Shown piece by piece: positions 63,808 to 64,000 of a stretch of DNA of 64,000 nt (position 1 is its first letter; each line of letters begins with the position of its first letter). This stretch comes from Monocercomonoides exilis PA203 (Eukaryota > Protista > Preaxostyla), in contig LSRY02000043.1 of NCBI GenBank assembly GCA_001643675.2, positions 620,001-684,000 of the forward strand, given 5' to 3'. The translations under genes were made by a program, and so were the position numbers. The notes under the pieces are model-generated. The model searched no databases. It was not told where the DNA came from and was given only the letters and a program-made list of their open reading frames with translations.

Positions 63808-64000
63808 TAAGTGGAAGAAGTTTGGAACAAAACATGGAATTTTTCAATAACGAAAAAATTTTGCATCATTTATTAATTATTTTTAATTTTTGAAGAAATA
63901 CATCTCATTAACAAAAAACGCAAATTACAATTGAAGCCAAAAATATCCCTATAAAATTTGAGTTTGTGCAAATTCTTCACGCAATTTTGGCAGAATTCTC

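Noticed and set aside
1-64000. Alternative genetic code (TAA/TAG read as Gln) to explain in-frame stops
   Set aside because: Conserved genes terminate properly at TAA or TGA and have no internal TAR codons. Stops in the relics are of all three types and are accompanied by frameshifts.
1-64000. CRISPR arrays, rRNA or tRNA genes, prokaryotic operons
   Set aside because: No regularly spaced direct repeats or recognisable structural RNA seen. The genes are intron-containing and eukaryotic.

Overview
AT-rich eukaryotic genomic DNA with short GT-AG introns and the standard genetic code. The gene families and composition resemble the oxymonad Monocercomonoides (inference). The window has two compartments. 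1-17.4 kb is a compact cluster of host genes: a partial hypothetical gene, a syntaxin-16-like Qa-SNARE, TFIIE beta, an acidic low-complexity protein, a ~1.9 kaa coiled-coil/poly-Ser protein, Vta1, a PP2C phosphatase and RNase H2 subunit B. 17.5-64 kb is mostly decayed transposons and pseudogenes. It holds a Merlin (IS1595-like) element with an exact 8-bp TSD, a PIF/Harbinger transposase relic with dispersed copies of its 5' end, two pogo-like DDE elements and many nested MITEs/foldbacks. It also holds a full-length but decayed DIRS tyrosine-recombinase retrotransposon with a methyltransferase domain and a complete ITR/ICR architecture, and relics of lineage-specific surface-protein and helical-repeat families. 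The most unusual signal is three mutually unrelated, essentially perfect inverted duplications of 464, 511 and 474 bp. One of them forms the ends of a 4.7-kb insertion that carries a surface-protein gene fragment.
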